Of a DNA stretch of 64,000 bases, positions 22,498-31,567 are shown one piece after another. The notes below the pieces were generated by a model. It worked only from the letters and a program-made list of their open reading frames with translations. It was not told the origin of the DNA and did not search any database. The stretch comes from an uncultured bacterium (GTDB lineage: Bacteria; Bacillota_I; Bacilli_A; RF39; UBA660), in NCBI GenBank assembly GCA_945935525.1, contig CAMERI010000002.1, positions 188,482 through 252,481 on the forward strand, written 5' to 3'. A program made the position numbers and the translations under genes. Within the stretch, counting starts at the first letter, position 1; the number at the start of each line of letters is the position of its first letter.

Positions 22498-22998
22498 TTA
22501 AAGAATTACTTCATCAAAAACGTATTTTATACTAAATTCATAGTATGGTTGTTCTATTATGTCTTTACCATTATACGTTATTTTTATATTTAGTTTTTCA
22601 GTTTTACCACCTTCAATAATATTATTTTTATCTAGTGATAAATCTATATTTACGTTTTTTGTATCTATGTTTGTAAATATGTTTTCTATGTACATATTTG
22701 TTATTTTAGCATTTATGTTTCCTATGTTTGTTACGTCTACACTAAATGAGTTTGTCTTTCTAAATTTGTTTAGGTCTGGTACTTTAACTGTTATTGTGTT
22801 ATTATCACTATCTATTTTTACTGTCATATCAGTGTCATAGTCTATTGTTACATTACTAAACTTAATGTCATAATATTTCTTTTTAATATCAGCATTTCCT
22901 CTTACTGTGAAGTTATTTAAAAGATAAAATAGTGAACCTGCGAAAACAAGTAAACTGAATAATAATACAATTAGTGTGTATGTTATTTTTTCTTTCAT
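22498..22998 (-). CDS. N-terminally membrane-anchored protein, unknown function (occupies the divIB/ftsQ position upstream of ftsA)
   Basis: Single TM followed by a beta-rich extracytoplasmic region; no POTRA motif visible. Confidence 0.35.
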   Translation of the reverse strand: MKEKITYTLIVLLFSLLVFAGSLFYLLNNFTVRGNADIKKKYYDIKFSNVTIDYDTDMTVKIDSDNNTITVKVPDLNKFRKTNSFSVDVTNIGNINAKITNMYIENIFTNIDTKNVNIDLSLDKNNIIEGGKTEKLNIKITYNGKDIIEQPYYEFSIKYVFDEVIL

Positions 22999-23036
22999 AG
23001 TACCCTTCCTATTCTATAGATATAATAACATAAATA

Positions 23037-23064
23037 AAGAAAAAAAGCATTAGTTTCCTAATAC
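23037..23064 (-). terminator. hairpin plus T-run (copy A of a repeated terminator-like element)
   Basis: The 20-mer attagtttcctaatactatt is identical to the one at 24798-24817; stem ATTAG/CTAAT; an A-run lies on the plus side. Confidence 0.4.
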
Positions 23065-23069
23065 TATTG

Positions 23070-23211
23070 TTATTCTGTTATAAAATTAATGATTAAATCA
23101 ATTAATATTTCTTTTTATTTTAGATTAGACTTTGCTAGTAATGTATTATTTTCTATTACTCTCTTTTCGAACTGTCACAAAATTTGCGACCGTTGATAGT
23201 GGTTGTTGCAT
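23070..23211 (-). pseudogene. decayed, internally deleted copy of the adjacent Fic/RhuM-family gene
   Basis: RC encodes MQQPLSTVANFVTVRKESNRK*, which matches residues around 55-75 of the full gene (VAKFATVQKEGNRK). A second frame encodes LLAKSNLK*KEILIDLIINFITE*, which matches its C-terminus (LLVAQSNPKEKEIIIDLIINFITK). Confidence 0.55.
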
Positions 23212-23272
23212 TTTTTGCAACTACCACTTATCAATAATTTTGTCTTATCGGTGTGTACATTAATATTTATGA

Positions 23273-23698
23273 TTATTCGTAGATTATTCCTTCTTTATAT
23301 TTTTCAATGCATTTTTTACTTGGATTATATAAATTGGTTGGTAAATCATTTAAATCGAACCATTTCCATTCTAATATTGTTTCTGGTTCCATTGCTTTTG
23401 CTTCTCCAGTGTATTCTCTTACTATAAACCCAACAGTAACATAGTGTGCAGTATTTGTCATGTCGTCTGATATACATAATAAATCTAGTTTTGTTGCTTT
23501 TAAGCTTGTTTCTTCTTCTAATTCTCTTTTTGCTGCATCAACCAATTTTTCCATGAATTCTACTTTTCCACCAGGCATAGTCCAAGTTCCTTGACCTTGT
23601 AGTTCACTACTTGCCTTTTCTTTGTTTGGATTTCTTAATCCTAATAATATCTTCCCTTCTTTTATTATCATTACTCCCACACCTAAACCTGGTTTCAT
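23273..23698 (-). CDS. NUDIX hydrolase
   Basis: Nudix box GGKVEFMEKLVDAAKRELEEETSL. Confidence 0.8.
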   Translation of the reverse strand: MKPGLGVGVMIIKEGKILLGLRNPNKEKASSELQGQGTWTMPGGKVEFMEKLVDAAKRELEEETSLKATKLDLLCISDDMTNTAHYVTVGFIVREYTGEAKAMEPETILEWKWFDLNDLPTNLYNPSKKCIEKYKEGIIYE

Positions 23699-23784
23699 TT
23701 ATCTTCACCTCTACGCTGATTATATCATAGTTTAAGTCATGTGTACTAATATAGTTTAAAATTGGACACACATATTCTTATATT

Positions 23785-24729
23785 TTATTTTGTTATGAAG
23801 TTAATAATTAAATCAATTATTATTTCTTTTTCTTTTGGATTAGACTGTGCTACTAAAAGTGTTATAGCAGCTAATGTGTTATTATCAATTATTTGATTAT
23901 TATCTTTATTCAATATACCATAAAAATTTAAAAAATATATAAATAATGCTGCAGCAATTCTTTTATTTCCATCTATATAAATATGATTTTTAACTATAAG
24001 ATATAGAAAATTTGATGCCTTTTCTTCTACACTTTTATATACTTCTTCTCCGTCAAAAGTTTGATACAAATCATTTATAATTGATTCTAAACCTTTATTC
24101 CTTTCTATCGCAAATAAATTACTTTCGATATTAAATTTTAGTTTATTAATAATATTTACACATTCTTCATATTTAATTTGTTCTTTACTATTACTTCCTT
24201 TAGGTTTTGATAATGTTTTATGGTCATAATCATCTAAAAGATTAAGTGCTTTTGAATAGTTACCTATAACTTTTAATATTTCCCCTGCATCACCATTATT
24301 TAGTTTTCCATCTATTCTATTAGCAATATCAATTAATTTAACTGTTTTTTCTAAATATTCTAATCTTTTTTGATTTACCGCATAACCTTTAATCATATAG
24401 TCTTTCAGTATTTTATTTGCCCATTTTCTAAATGTCACTCCTTGAGGTGATTTTACCCTGTATCCAATACTTATAATCATATCGAGATTGTAATATTCAA
24501 TACTACGAATTATCTTTCTATTTCCCTCTTTTTGAACTGTTGCAAATTTTGCAACAACTGAACTATCTAGTTCTTCTTTTATTGAATTTTTTATATGTCT
24601 TGAAATAACAGATTTATCTCTATCAAATAATTTGGCCATTTGTTCTAAAGATAGCCATACTGTTTCATCCTTCATATTAACTTCTAATTTTACCTTTTGA
24701 TTCTCAAATAATACTATTTCATTTTTCAT
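23785..24729 (-). CDS. Fic/DOC-family protein with RhuM-like N-terminal region
   Basis: C-terminal Fic motif HIYIDGNKRIAAA (HxFx(D/E)GNGR-like); the N-terminus resembles RhuM virulence-family proteins. Confidence 0.7.
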   Translation of the reverse strand: MKNEIVLFENQKVKLEVNMKDETVWLSLEQMAKLFDRDKSVISRHIKNSIKEELDSSVVAKFATVQKEGNRKIIRSIEYYNLDMIISIGYRVKSPQGVTFRKWANKILKDYMIKGYAVNQKRLEYLEKTVKLIDIANRIDGKLNNGDAGEILKVIGNYSKALNLLDDYDHKTLSKPKGSNSKEQIKYEECVNIINKLKFNIESNLFAIERNKGLESIINDLYQTFDGEEVYKSVEEKASNFLYLIVKNHIYIDGNKRIAAALFIYFLNFYGILNKDNNQIIDNNTLAAITLLVAQSNPKEKEIIIDLIINFITK

Positions 24730-24787
24730 TGTTCTATCCTCCTAATATTATAGTTAGACAAAACTTTGTAAAACACTTCAAATTGTA

Positions 24788-24813
24788 TTAAAAAAGTATT
24801 AGTTTCCTAATAC
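24788..24813 (-). terminator. Rho-independent terminator after the 24813-25793 gene (copy B of the repeated element)
   Basis: GTATTAG-tttc-CTAATAC with a T-run on the minus strand; overlaps the TAG stop. Confidence 0.45.
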
Positions 24814-25793
24814 TATTTAGTTAGAGATACTACTGATGTTGATGAAGCTACTTTTAGAAGTTCTTCGTTTGTTAGGTTTTCACCTATGATGTAGTAATCT
24901 TTTCCATTCATATTCCAGTTTAGAGATGAACCTGTTAGATTACCTAATACATTTTCATAGAATACTAGTTCTCCTGATACACTTGTTACTTCGAAATCTT
25001 TTGGAGCTTTTGCTGCCTCTTCTATTAAGATAAATGATTTGTCACCGGTGAATGTTAATATTACTCTTTCTGAATCTTTTGATTTAACAGTTTCTTCACT
25101 TTTGAATTTTGTACCAGTTGGCAAGTACATTGGATAAACTATTTCATCAATTTTACTTACATCTTTGCAGCATTCTTCACCCGCATTACTTTCTACATCG
25201 AAATAATCTTCTTTGAAGTCAGGTTTAAAATCTATTTTAGATATTTTAAATGTTATATTAGCAACTCCGTCTTTATTAAATACATTTACTTCTTCTGGAT
25301 TCATATCTTTGTTAAATACTATTTTTTGACTTATCAGTGAACTATTATTAGGATAATTTACTGACGAAGATAAGATATATTTTTCTTCACTTTCTTCTAA
25401 AATTACATTTGAATCATTTTCTAAATCTTTTAAAAGCGATGATAATATATATGCTTGACTACTATTGTATGGCCATTCACTTTGAAATTTAAAGCTTTTA
25501 TTTAGTGATGGTGTTACGACATAAACTCCATCTTTGTTCTTTAATATTATTTGTTCATGATTATTATCTTTATTAGTTAGTGATGCTTTATAATAGTCTC
25601 CCTCCATATAATCTACTTTAACATCATAATGATATAGTTCTTCATTACTAACAATATCCATTTGACCAGTTAATGTATATTTTGAATTGTCATTTAAAAG
25701 TTTTTTATATTCGTTTATTGCTTTTTTAGAATCCATTTTATTACAACCTACTAAAAGAAAACATGATACTAGTAATAATATTACTTTTTTTAT
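24813..25793 (-). CDS. lipoprotein; probable non-canonical ATA/ATT start (the ORF track begins at the internal Met at 25736)
   Basis: The in-frame upstream extension encodes a textbook lipoprotein signal peptide IKKVILLLVSCFLLVGC-NK with no ATG/GTG/TTG; an AAGGGGGA Shine-Dalgarno sits 7 nt before ATA at 25793. Confidence 0.45.
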   Translation of the reverse strand: MKKVILLLVSCFLLVGCNKMDSKKAINEYKKLLNDNSKYTLTGQMDIVSNEELYHYDVKVDYMEGDYYKASLTNKDNNHEQIILKNKDGVYVVTPSLNKSFKFQSEWPYNSSQAYILSSLLKDLENDSNVILEESEEKYILSSSVNYPNNSSLISQKIVFNKDMNPEEVNVFNKDGVANITFKISKIDFKPDFKEDYFDVESNAGEECCKDVSKIDEIVYPMYLPTGTKFKSEETVKSKDSERVILTFTGDKSFILIEEAAKAPKDFEVTSVSGELVFYENVLGNLTGSSLNWNMNGKDYYIIGENLTNEELLKVASSTSVVSLTK

Positions 25794-25891
25794 ATTAATT
25801 CCCCCTTCACACTAAATTATATTTTAGTTTGTATTTTATATGAATAGAAAATCTAAAATGAGTGAATAATAATAGTGTGTAAGGAGGAAAG

Positions 25892-26098
25892 ATGAATACG
25901 CTTTATAAAGTTGCACTTACATTTACTATAATAGGTGCTATTAACTGGGGTATGGTTGGAATATTTAATGTTAACTTAGTATCTTTACTATTTGGTGTTG
26001 ATTCTATGCTAACTAATCTTGTATATGCTATTGTTGGTATATGTGGTCTTATATCAACTGGTATATTATTAAAACCACTAGATGAAAAAATCAAATAG
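25892..26098 (+). CDS. DUF378-family small membrane protein
   Basis: 68-aa two-TM protein with the INWGMVG motif; AAGGAGGA RBS 5 nt upstream of the ATG. Confidence 0.65.
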   Translation: MNTLYKVALTFTIIGAINWGMVGIFNVNLVSLLFGVDSMLTNLVYAIVGICGLISTGILLKPLDEKIK

Positions 26099-26147
26099 TG
26101 GTTTTTTTCATTTTAAAAGCAGTATTTCTACTGCTTTATTTGTTTTA

Positions 26148-26837
26148 TTATAATCCTAGAGATGCTTTATCTACTTTTACACCAGGACCCATAGTTGTTG
26201 AAACACTAATGTTTTTAACAAAAGTACCTTTAACAGCTGTTGGTTTGTTTTTAACTATTTCATTAACGATTGCTCTTAAGTTTTCTTCAAGTTTTTCTTC
26301 GCTAAATGATAGTTTTCCGATTGACATATGAACGTTTCCATAAGAATCATTCTTATATTCAACCATACCTTTTTTAATATTAGTTATTGCATCTTTAACA
26401 TTAGTAGTAACTGTTCCAAGTTTTGGGTTTGGCATTAATCCTTTAGGACCTAAAACTTTACCAAGTTTTCCTAATAATGGCATCATTTCTGGAGTAGCTA
26501 CGATTGTATCGAATTCGAACCAATTTTCTTTTTCGATTTTTTCGATCATATCTTCTGCTCCACAATAATCTGCTTCGCCAGCTTCATCAGCTTTAGTTTT
26601 AGTAACAACTAATATTCTTTTAGTCTTACCAGTTCCGTTTGGAAGAACGAAACTTCCTCTAATATTTTGATCAGTCTTTTTAGCATCAATGTTTAATTTT
26701 AATGCTAAGTCTACAGATTCATCAAATTTTCTAGGTTTAAGACTTTTAAGTACTTTTATCGCTTCAGTAACATCATAACTTTTAGTTTTATCAACGTTAC
26801 TTAATGCTTCCACATACATCTTACTATGTTTTTTCAT
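26148..26837 (-). CDS. rplA: 50S ribosomal protein L1
   Basis: Strong family similarity; downstream of rplK. Confidence 0.95.
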   Translation of the reverse strand: MKKHSKMYVEALSNVDKTKSYDVTEAIKVLKSLKPRKFDESVDLALKLNIDAKKTDQNIRGSFVLPNGTGKTKRILVVTKTKADEAGEADYCGAEDMIEKIEKENWFEFDTIVATPEMMPLLGKLGKVLGPKGLMPNPKLGTVTTNVKDAITNIKKGMVEYKNDSYGNVHMSIGKLSFSEEKLEENLRAIVNEIVKNKPTAVKGTFVKNISVSTTMGPGVKVDKASLGL

Positions 26838-26907
26838 AAACTTAACCTCCTTATGTGGTATTTGGATTATCTATATTTTCTCACGAATAATTTCAATTTT
26901 TATTTAA

Positions 26908-27516
26908 TTATTCTTCGCTTGCTTTTTCTTCGTCTTCTTTAACTTGTTCTGTTGATTCTACTTCAACATTAGCACCTTCAGCCATAGCTTTAGCACTTTC
27001 TTCCATTTCTTCAAGAGCTTCTTCTAATTTAGCAGCTTGAGCTTCTGCTTCAGCAGCTTCTTTAGCATGTTCAGCTAATTCTGAATCATTAAGTCCCTTA
27101 ATAGCAACACCCATATTTCTAGCTGTACCAGCAACTGTATTAATAGCAGCAGCTTGATCATATGCATTTAAATCTGGCATTTTGATTTCAGCTATTTTAA
27201 CGATGTCATCTTTTGAAATAGTTGCAACAATGTTATTAGCACCTTTTGTACTACCCTTTTCAATTCCAGCTGCTTTCTTAATTAATGATGCAGTTGGTGG
27301 AGTCTTTAATACGAAGTCAAATGTTCTATCATCATAAATAGATACTTCAACTGGTATGATATCTCCCATCTTATCTCTTGTTGCTTCATTGTATTTTGTA
27401 CAGAATTCTTGTAGATTAATTCCTGTAGGTCCAAGTCCAGTACCGATTGGTGGAGCTGGTGTAGCTTTACCTGCTGGAATTTGTAATTTGATTTTCTTTA
27501 CAACATCCTTTGCCAC
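26908..27516 (-). CDS. rplK: 50S ribosomal protein L11 with an unusual ~60-aa acidic/Ala-rich C-terminal extension (start at the second GTG, MAKDVVKKIKLQ)
   Basis: KIKLQIPAGKATPAPPIGTGLGP signature; AGGAGG lies 8 nt before the GTG at 27516 (the track's first GTG at 27525 lies inside the RBS); C-terminal tail AEHAKEAAEAEAQAAKLEEALEEMEE... Confidence 0.85.
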   Translation of the reverse strand: MAKDVVKKIKLQIPAGKATPAPPIGTGLGPTGINLQEFCTKYNEATRDKMGDIIPVEVSIYDDRTFDFVLKTPPTASLIKKAAGIEKGSTKGANNIVATISKDDIVKIAEIKMPDLNAYDQAAAINTVAGTARNMGVAIKGLNDSELAEHAKEAAEAEAQAAKLEEALEEMEESAKAMAEGANVEVESTEQVKEDEEKASEE

Positions 27517-27625
27517 GAAAAACACCTCCTATATATTTTAGTTATTTTTTTTCGCGAGTGGTTCCGCGATAATCCTTAAATCTCCCACTTCTAATTTATA
27601 TCCACCGATATAAATCGACTACTTG

Positions 27626-27654
27626 ATAATAGCATAAAAGTTGTATAAAATCAA
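27626..27654 (-). promoter_or_regulatory. sigma-A-type promoter of rplK-rplA, with a ~100-nt structured leader
   Basis: TTGATT, 17-nt spacer, TATTAT (minus strand); the leader contains GGGAGATTTAAGG and the hairpin CGCGGAACCACTCGCG at 27553-27568. Confidence 0.4.
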
Positions 27655-27674
27655 GGAAAATACGCATAATATTA

Positions 27675-28211
27675 GTGATTATTATGAAAAAAATTAAAAT
27701 TATTGGTGTTTTTGTTATTATGGGATTATCTGTTTTATCTCATTTTATGTATGAATGGTTTAATAACTTTGTATTCAGTATACTTTTTCCTGTTAATGAA
27801 AGTATATGGGAACACATGAAATTACTTGTTACTCCTGTATTAATTTATTCATTTATTGAGTATTTTATTTATAGAAAGAAAGGTATAAGATTTAATAATT
27901 TTTCTTTATCATATGGTATTTCTATATTAATTGGTATTGTTTCATATCTTATTATTTATTTACCAATAGATCATTTCTTTGGGCATAATATGATTGTATC
28001 TATAGCACTATTATTTTTTGATTATGTACTTATTTCATATATTAGTTATTCAATTCTTAATACTAGAAAGATTAAATATTCTAATATTATTGGTACATTA
28101 CTAATCGTATTTATATACTTTATATTCTATTATCTTACATATTATCCTGTACATTCTTATATTTTTTATGATACTAAGGATAAAGTTTATGGCATTAAAA
28201 AAGAGGATTAA
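27675..28211 (+). CDS. multi-pass membrane protein, unknown function
   Basis: 178 aa, about 5 hydrophobic helices. Confidence 0.45.
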   Translation: MIIMKKIKIIGVFVIMGLSVLSHFMYEWFNNFVFSILFPVNESIWEHMKLLVTPVLIYSFIEYFIYRKKGIRFNNFSLSYGISILIGIVSYLIIYLPIDHFFGHNMIVSIALLFFDYVLISYISYSILNTRKIKYSNIIGTLLIVFIYFIFYYLTYYPVHSYIFYDTKDKVYGIKKED

Positions 28212-28219
28212 TTCCTCTT

Positions 28220-29266
28220 TTAAAGTTCAATGATTTTATGTTTATTTGGATCTATTAGTATTTTAACTGCATCATCCATACCATTTGTTAATCTTTCAAA
28301 TGCTTTTTGTACATCATCAAGTGTTACGATATCATCTATATATTTTTCTAAATTAATTTTTCCTTTAGAAGCTAGTTCAATAACTTCATCAAATTCTTCT
28401 CTTTTATATGCGATAGAGCCTTTGATATTTACTTCTTTCATAACTCCCATAACTAATGGTATTTGTACCATACCTAGTGATATACCAACTAATGTTAAGT
28501 TTCCATTTGGTTTAGTATACATAAGTCCACTAGATAATGCAGGACTATTGCCACAACAATCGCATACTATATCGAATCCTTCTCCGTTAGTACGAGTCAT
28601 TAGTTTTTCAGTTAATTTTGGATCAAGTGCATTAAACCATTCATCTGCAGCTCCTAATTTAACTGATTTAGAACCTCTTGCTTCGTTAGTTTCTGTTAAT
28701 GCAACGTAAGAAGCACCTTTTAGTTTTAGAAATTCAGCTGTTAAAAGTCCTATGATTCCACCACCTATAACTAAGCATTTATCTCCTTTTTTAACGTTTG
28801 ATACATTTGCTGCTCTTAAACCTACTGCTGCTGGTTCAATCATTGCACCTACTTCAAAACTTACAGTATTTGGAAGATGTCTTACCATATCTTCACGAAC
28901 TAATACTCTACCACCAAATCCACCTGGAAAGTCTAAGCTAAGTCCAACTGCATGTGTCCAAGTTTCACTACATAATTGTACATTTCCTTCTTTACAATTT
29001 TTGCATTTTAAGCATGGACTAATTGGAAGAGCAGTAACTCTATCTCCTTCTTTATATTTCTTACTGTTGGCAGCATCAATAACAATACCACTAAATTCAT
29101 GACCCATTACTAGATTCCTAGGATTTCCTTCTACCCAATAATGTATATCAGAACCACAGATGCCTACTTTTAATACATCTATTAAAATATATCCTTCTTT
29201 GCCAACCATATTTTCTTTTTTCTCTACTTCTATTTTTCTAGCACCTTTTAATACAGCACTTCTCAT
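28220..29266 (-). CDS. zinc-dependent alcohol/polyol dehydrogenase (sorbitol/threonine dehydrogenase-like)
   Basis: GICGSDIHYW zinc-ADH motif and a GxGxxG Rossmann region; probable start MRSAVL at 29266, preceded by a TAGGGTG RBS. Confidence 0.8.
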   Translation of the reverse strand: MRSAVLKGARKIEVEKKENMVGKEGYILIDVLKVGICGSDIHYWVEGNPRNLVMGHEFSGIVIDAANSKKYKEGDRVTALPISPCLKCKNCKEGNVQLCSETWTHAVGLSLDFPGGFGGRVLVREDMVRHLPNTVSFEVGAMIEPAAVGLRAANVSNVKKGDKCLVIGGGIIGLLTAEFLKLKGASYVALTETNEARGSKSVKLGAADEWFNALDPKLTEKLMTRTNGEGFDIVCDCCGNSPALSSGLMYTKPNGNLTLVGISLGMVQIPLVMGVMKEVNIKGSIAYKREEFDEVIELASKGKINLEKYIDDIVTLDDVQKAFERLTNGMDDAVKILIDPNKHKIIEL

Positions 29267-29308
29267 TAATATCACACCCTATTCTTTAAATATTTTATCA
29301 TAACAAAA

Positions 29309-29340
29309 TAAAAAATGCATTATTTTTTAATGCATTTTAT
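29309..29340 (-). terminator. bidirectional hairpin terminator after the rubrerythrin gene
   Basis: AAAATGCATTA-tttttt-TAATGCATTTT. Confidence 0.5.
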
Positions 29341-29879
29341 TAATAATTTTCAGCTTTTAATTCCATATAACTTTCTGGATGCTTGCAAACTGGACAAACC
29401 TTTAATGCTGTTTTTCCTTTGTATACATGTCCACAGTTTCTACATATCCAAATTTTTTCTTCATTACGTTCAAATACTAAATTATTTTCAATATTACCAA
29501 CTAATTTCATATATCTTTCTTCATGATGTTTTTCAATTTCACCTACTTGTTCAAATAGTTTGGCAATATTATCAAATCCTTCTTCTTTAGCAGTTTTGGC
29601 AAATTCTTTGTACATTTCTGTCCATTCATAATTTTCACCAGCAGCTGCATCTTTTAGATTTTCTATTGTACTAGGTACGCTTCCACCATGTAATTCTTTA
29701 AACCACATTTTAGCATGTTCTTTTTCATTGTTAGCTGTTTCTTCAAATATTGCAGCTATTTGTTCATAACCATCTTTCTTTGCTTGACTAGCATAATAAG
29801 TATATTTATTTCTAGCTTGACTCTCACCAGCAAATGCCGCTAAAAGATTTGCTTCTGTTTTACTTCCTTTTAATTCCAT
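29340..29879 (-). CDS. rubrerythrin
   Basis: Di-iron ferritin-like ExxH motifs plus a C-terminal rubredoxin-like CxxC...CxxC. Confidence 0.9.
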   Translation of the reverse strand: MELKGSKTEANLLAAFAGESQARNKYTYYASQAKKDGYEQIAAIFEETANNEKEHAKMWFKELHGGSVPSTIENLKDAAAGENYEWTEMYKEFAKTAKEEGFDNIAKLFEQVGEIEKHHEERYMKLVGNIENNLVFERNEEKIWICRNCGHVYKGKTALKVCPVCKHPESYMELKAENY

Positions 29880-29944
29880 TTTATTACCTCCTATGTAAGT
29901 TTTTCTTACTATTTAAGTATATCATCTAAATATAAAAAGTCAAT

Positions 29945-30406
29945 TTAATTTTCACTAGATTGACTTTTTTTGTTACCATTTTCTACTTCAGTATAAAGTT
30001 CTGGTGTTATAATTTCATCTTCATAAAATTTACCAGTTTTACTAAGTATTTTTATATTTAAATCACTATCAACTTCTACTATATATTTTATACTATAATC
30101 TTTTTCTTTATCTTCTTTAGAAGTGTTTATATATTTTATTTCTATTTCTGCACTTCCTGCTTCTAGAGCTTTGAATGTTATCTTTTGTACTGTTTCTAGT
30201 ACGTTGTCTTGATCTTTATAAAGAAATTCATCGCCTACTGATTTAATTACATTAGAATTTAATATTGTTGTTTGCCATAGATAACCATTTTCAGCATCAC
30301 AATTTAGTTCTAACTTCATCATATTTCCTTTTTGTTCTGTTTGCTTACATCCAGTTATCAAGAATAACATAAGTAGTATTACGCTTAAAACTTTTAATTT
30401 TTTCAT
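29945..30406 (-). CDS. lipoprotein, unknown function
   Basis: Lipobox LITGC. Confidence 0.5.
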   Translation of the reverse strand: MKKLKVLSVILLMLFLITGCKQTEQKGNMMKLELNCDAENGYLWQTTILNSNVIKSVGDEFLYKDQDNVLETVQKITFKALEAGSAEIEIKYINTSKEDKEKDYSIKYIVEVDSDLNIKILSKTGKFYEDEIITPELYTEVENGNKKSQSSEN

Positions 30407-30433
30407 AATTCCTCCGATAATTTATATCTGAAA

Positions 30434-30985
30434 TTACATTTCATCTACTCTTTTAGATACTTGAATTAAGTCTACTTCTACTGGTGTTTCTTGTCCAAAT
30501 AAGTCGATAAGAACTGTTAGTTTTTCATTTTCTTTATCTTCACTTTCAATCTTACCATACATTCCTTTGAATGGACCATCTATGATTGTAACAGTGTCTC
30601 CTACTTCTACATTTGTATTGATTGCTGCTGTTGTATCTACTCCATCACCTATAAATTTCTTAACTTCTTCTGGTGATAGTGGAATTGGTTTAGCACCTTT
30701 TCCTGATGAACCTATGAATCCTGTTACTCCTGGAGTGTTACGTACAACATACCAAGCTTCATCGCTCATTATCATTTCAATAAGAACGTATCCTGGGAAC
30801 ATCTTTTTAACTCTTTCTTTTTTAACTCCATCTTTTACTTCGATTTCTGTTCTTTCTGGAATAATAACTCTAAAAATATTATTTTCCATTCCCATACTTT
30901 CACGTCTTGATTCTAAATAATCTTTAACTTTTTGTTCATGTCCACTGTATGCGTTAACAACATACCATAATTTCTTTTCTTCCAT
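30434..30985 (-). CDS. nusG: transcription antitermination factor NusG
   Basis: NGN and KOW domains; conserved secE-nusG-rplK-rplA order. Confidence 0.9.
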   Translation of the reverse strand: MEEKKLWYVVNAYSGHEQKVKDYLESRRESMGMENNIFRVIIPERTEIEVKDGVKKERVKKMFPGYVLIEMIMSDEAWYVVRNTPGVTGFIGSSGKGAKPIPLSPEEVKKFIGDGVDTTAAINTNVEVGDTVTIIDGPFKGMYGKIESEDKENEKLTVLIDLFGQETPVEVDLIQVSKRVDEM

Positions 30986-31173
30986 TAGAATAGCCCCCTA
31001 ACTAGTGCGAATAATGCATCTAATCCATAAAAGAATAAACCAAAGAATACTAGCATTACCACTGTTATACAAGAATATTTTACTAATGTTTTTCCATCTG
31101 GCCATTTTACAGTCTTAGCTTCTTTTTTTACACCTTTAAAGAAACTTTTAATCTTTTTCATTCTACCCTCCAA
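30985..31173 (-). CDS. secE: preprotein translocase subunit SecE
   Basis: 62 aa, single TM; sits immediately upstream of nusG. Confidence 0.8.
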   Translation of the reverse strand: MEGRMKKIKSFFKGVKKEAKTVKWPDGKTLVKYSCITVVMLVFFGLFFYGLDALFALVRGLF

Positions 31174-31235
31174 AAAAAAACACTTTCATGTGTTACCTAG
31201 ATAATACCATAATTATTAGGTAAATTCAAGTGTTT

Positions 31236-31541
31236 TTAGTTAATTTCAATTATATCTTTTATCATTATTTTAGTCCCATCTATTGTTAGAAGATAGTCAT
31301 AACTTTTAGATATTATTATATAATCTTTTTCTTCATTTATAGTTTTTATGTGAAATTTCTTTTTATAGATGAAATCATTTGATCTAAAGAGTTCATTTAT
31401 TTTTCTTTGAAGAGTGTATTCATCTAATCTCTTTGGTTCTTCTATTATTTCATCAGTATCTTTATATGAATAGAATACTTCTTTGTTGTTATCAATTTTC
31501 TTATTTATTTTGTTTACGAATATCTCAGGTATTTTTTTCAT
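31236..31541 (-). CDS. hypothetical protein (101 aa)
   Basis: Lys-rich ORF between smpB and secE. Confidence 0.3.
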   Translation of the reverse strand: MKKIPEIFVNKINKKIDNNKEVFYSYKDTDEIIEEPKRLDEYTLQRKINELFRSNDFIYKKKFHIKTINEEKDYIIISKSYDYLLTIDGTKIMIKDIIEIN

Positions 31542-31567
31542 TTTACCACCTAAGATATTATATTAGT

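Noticed and set aside
31174-31567. Looked for tmRNA (ssrA) immediately downstream of smpB, as in Bacillus
   Set aside because: I found no GGGG…tRNA-Ala-like acceptor or T-arm, and the gap is taken up by a plausible 101-aa Lys-rich ORF. ssrA is presumably elsewhere.
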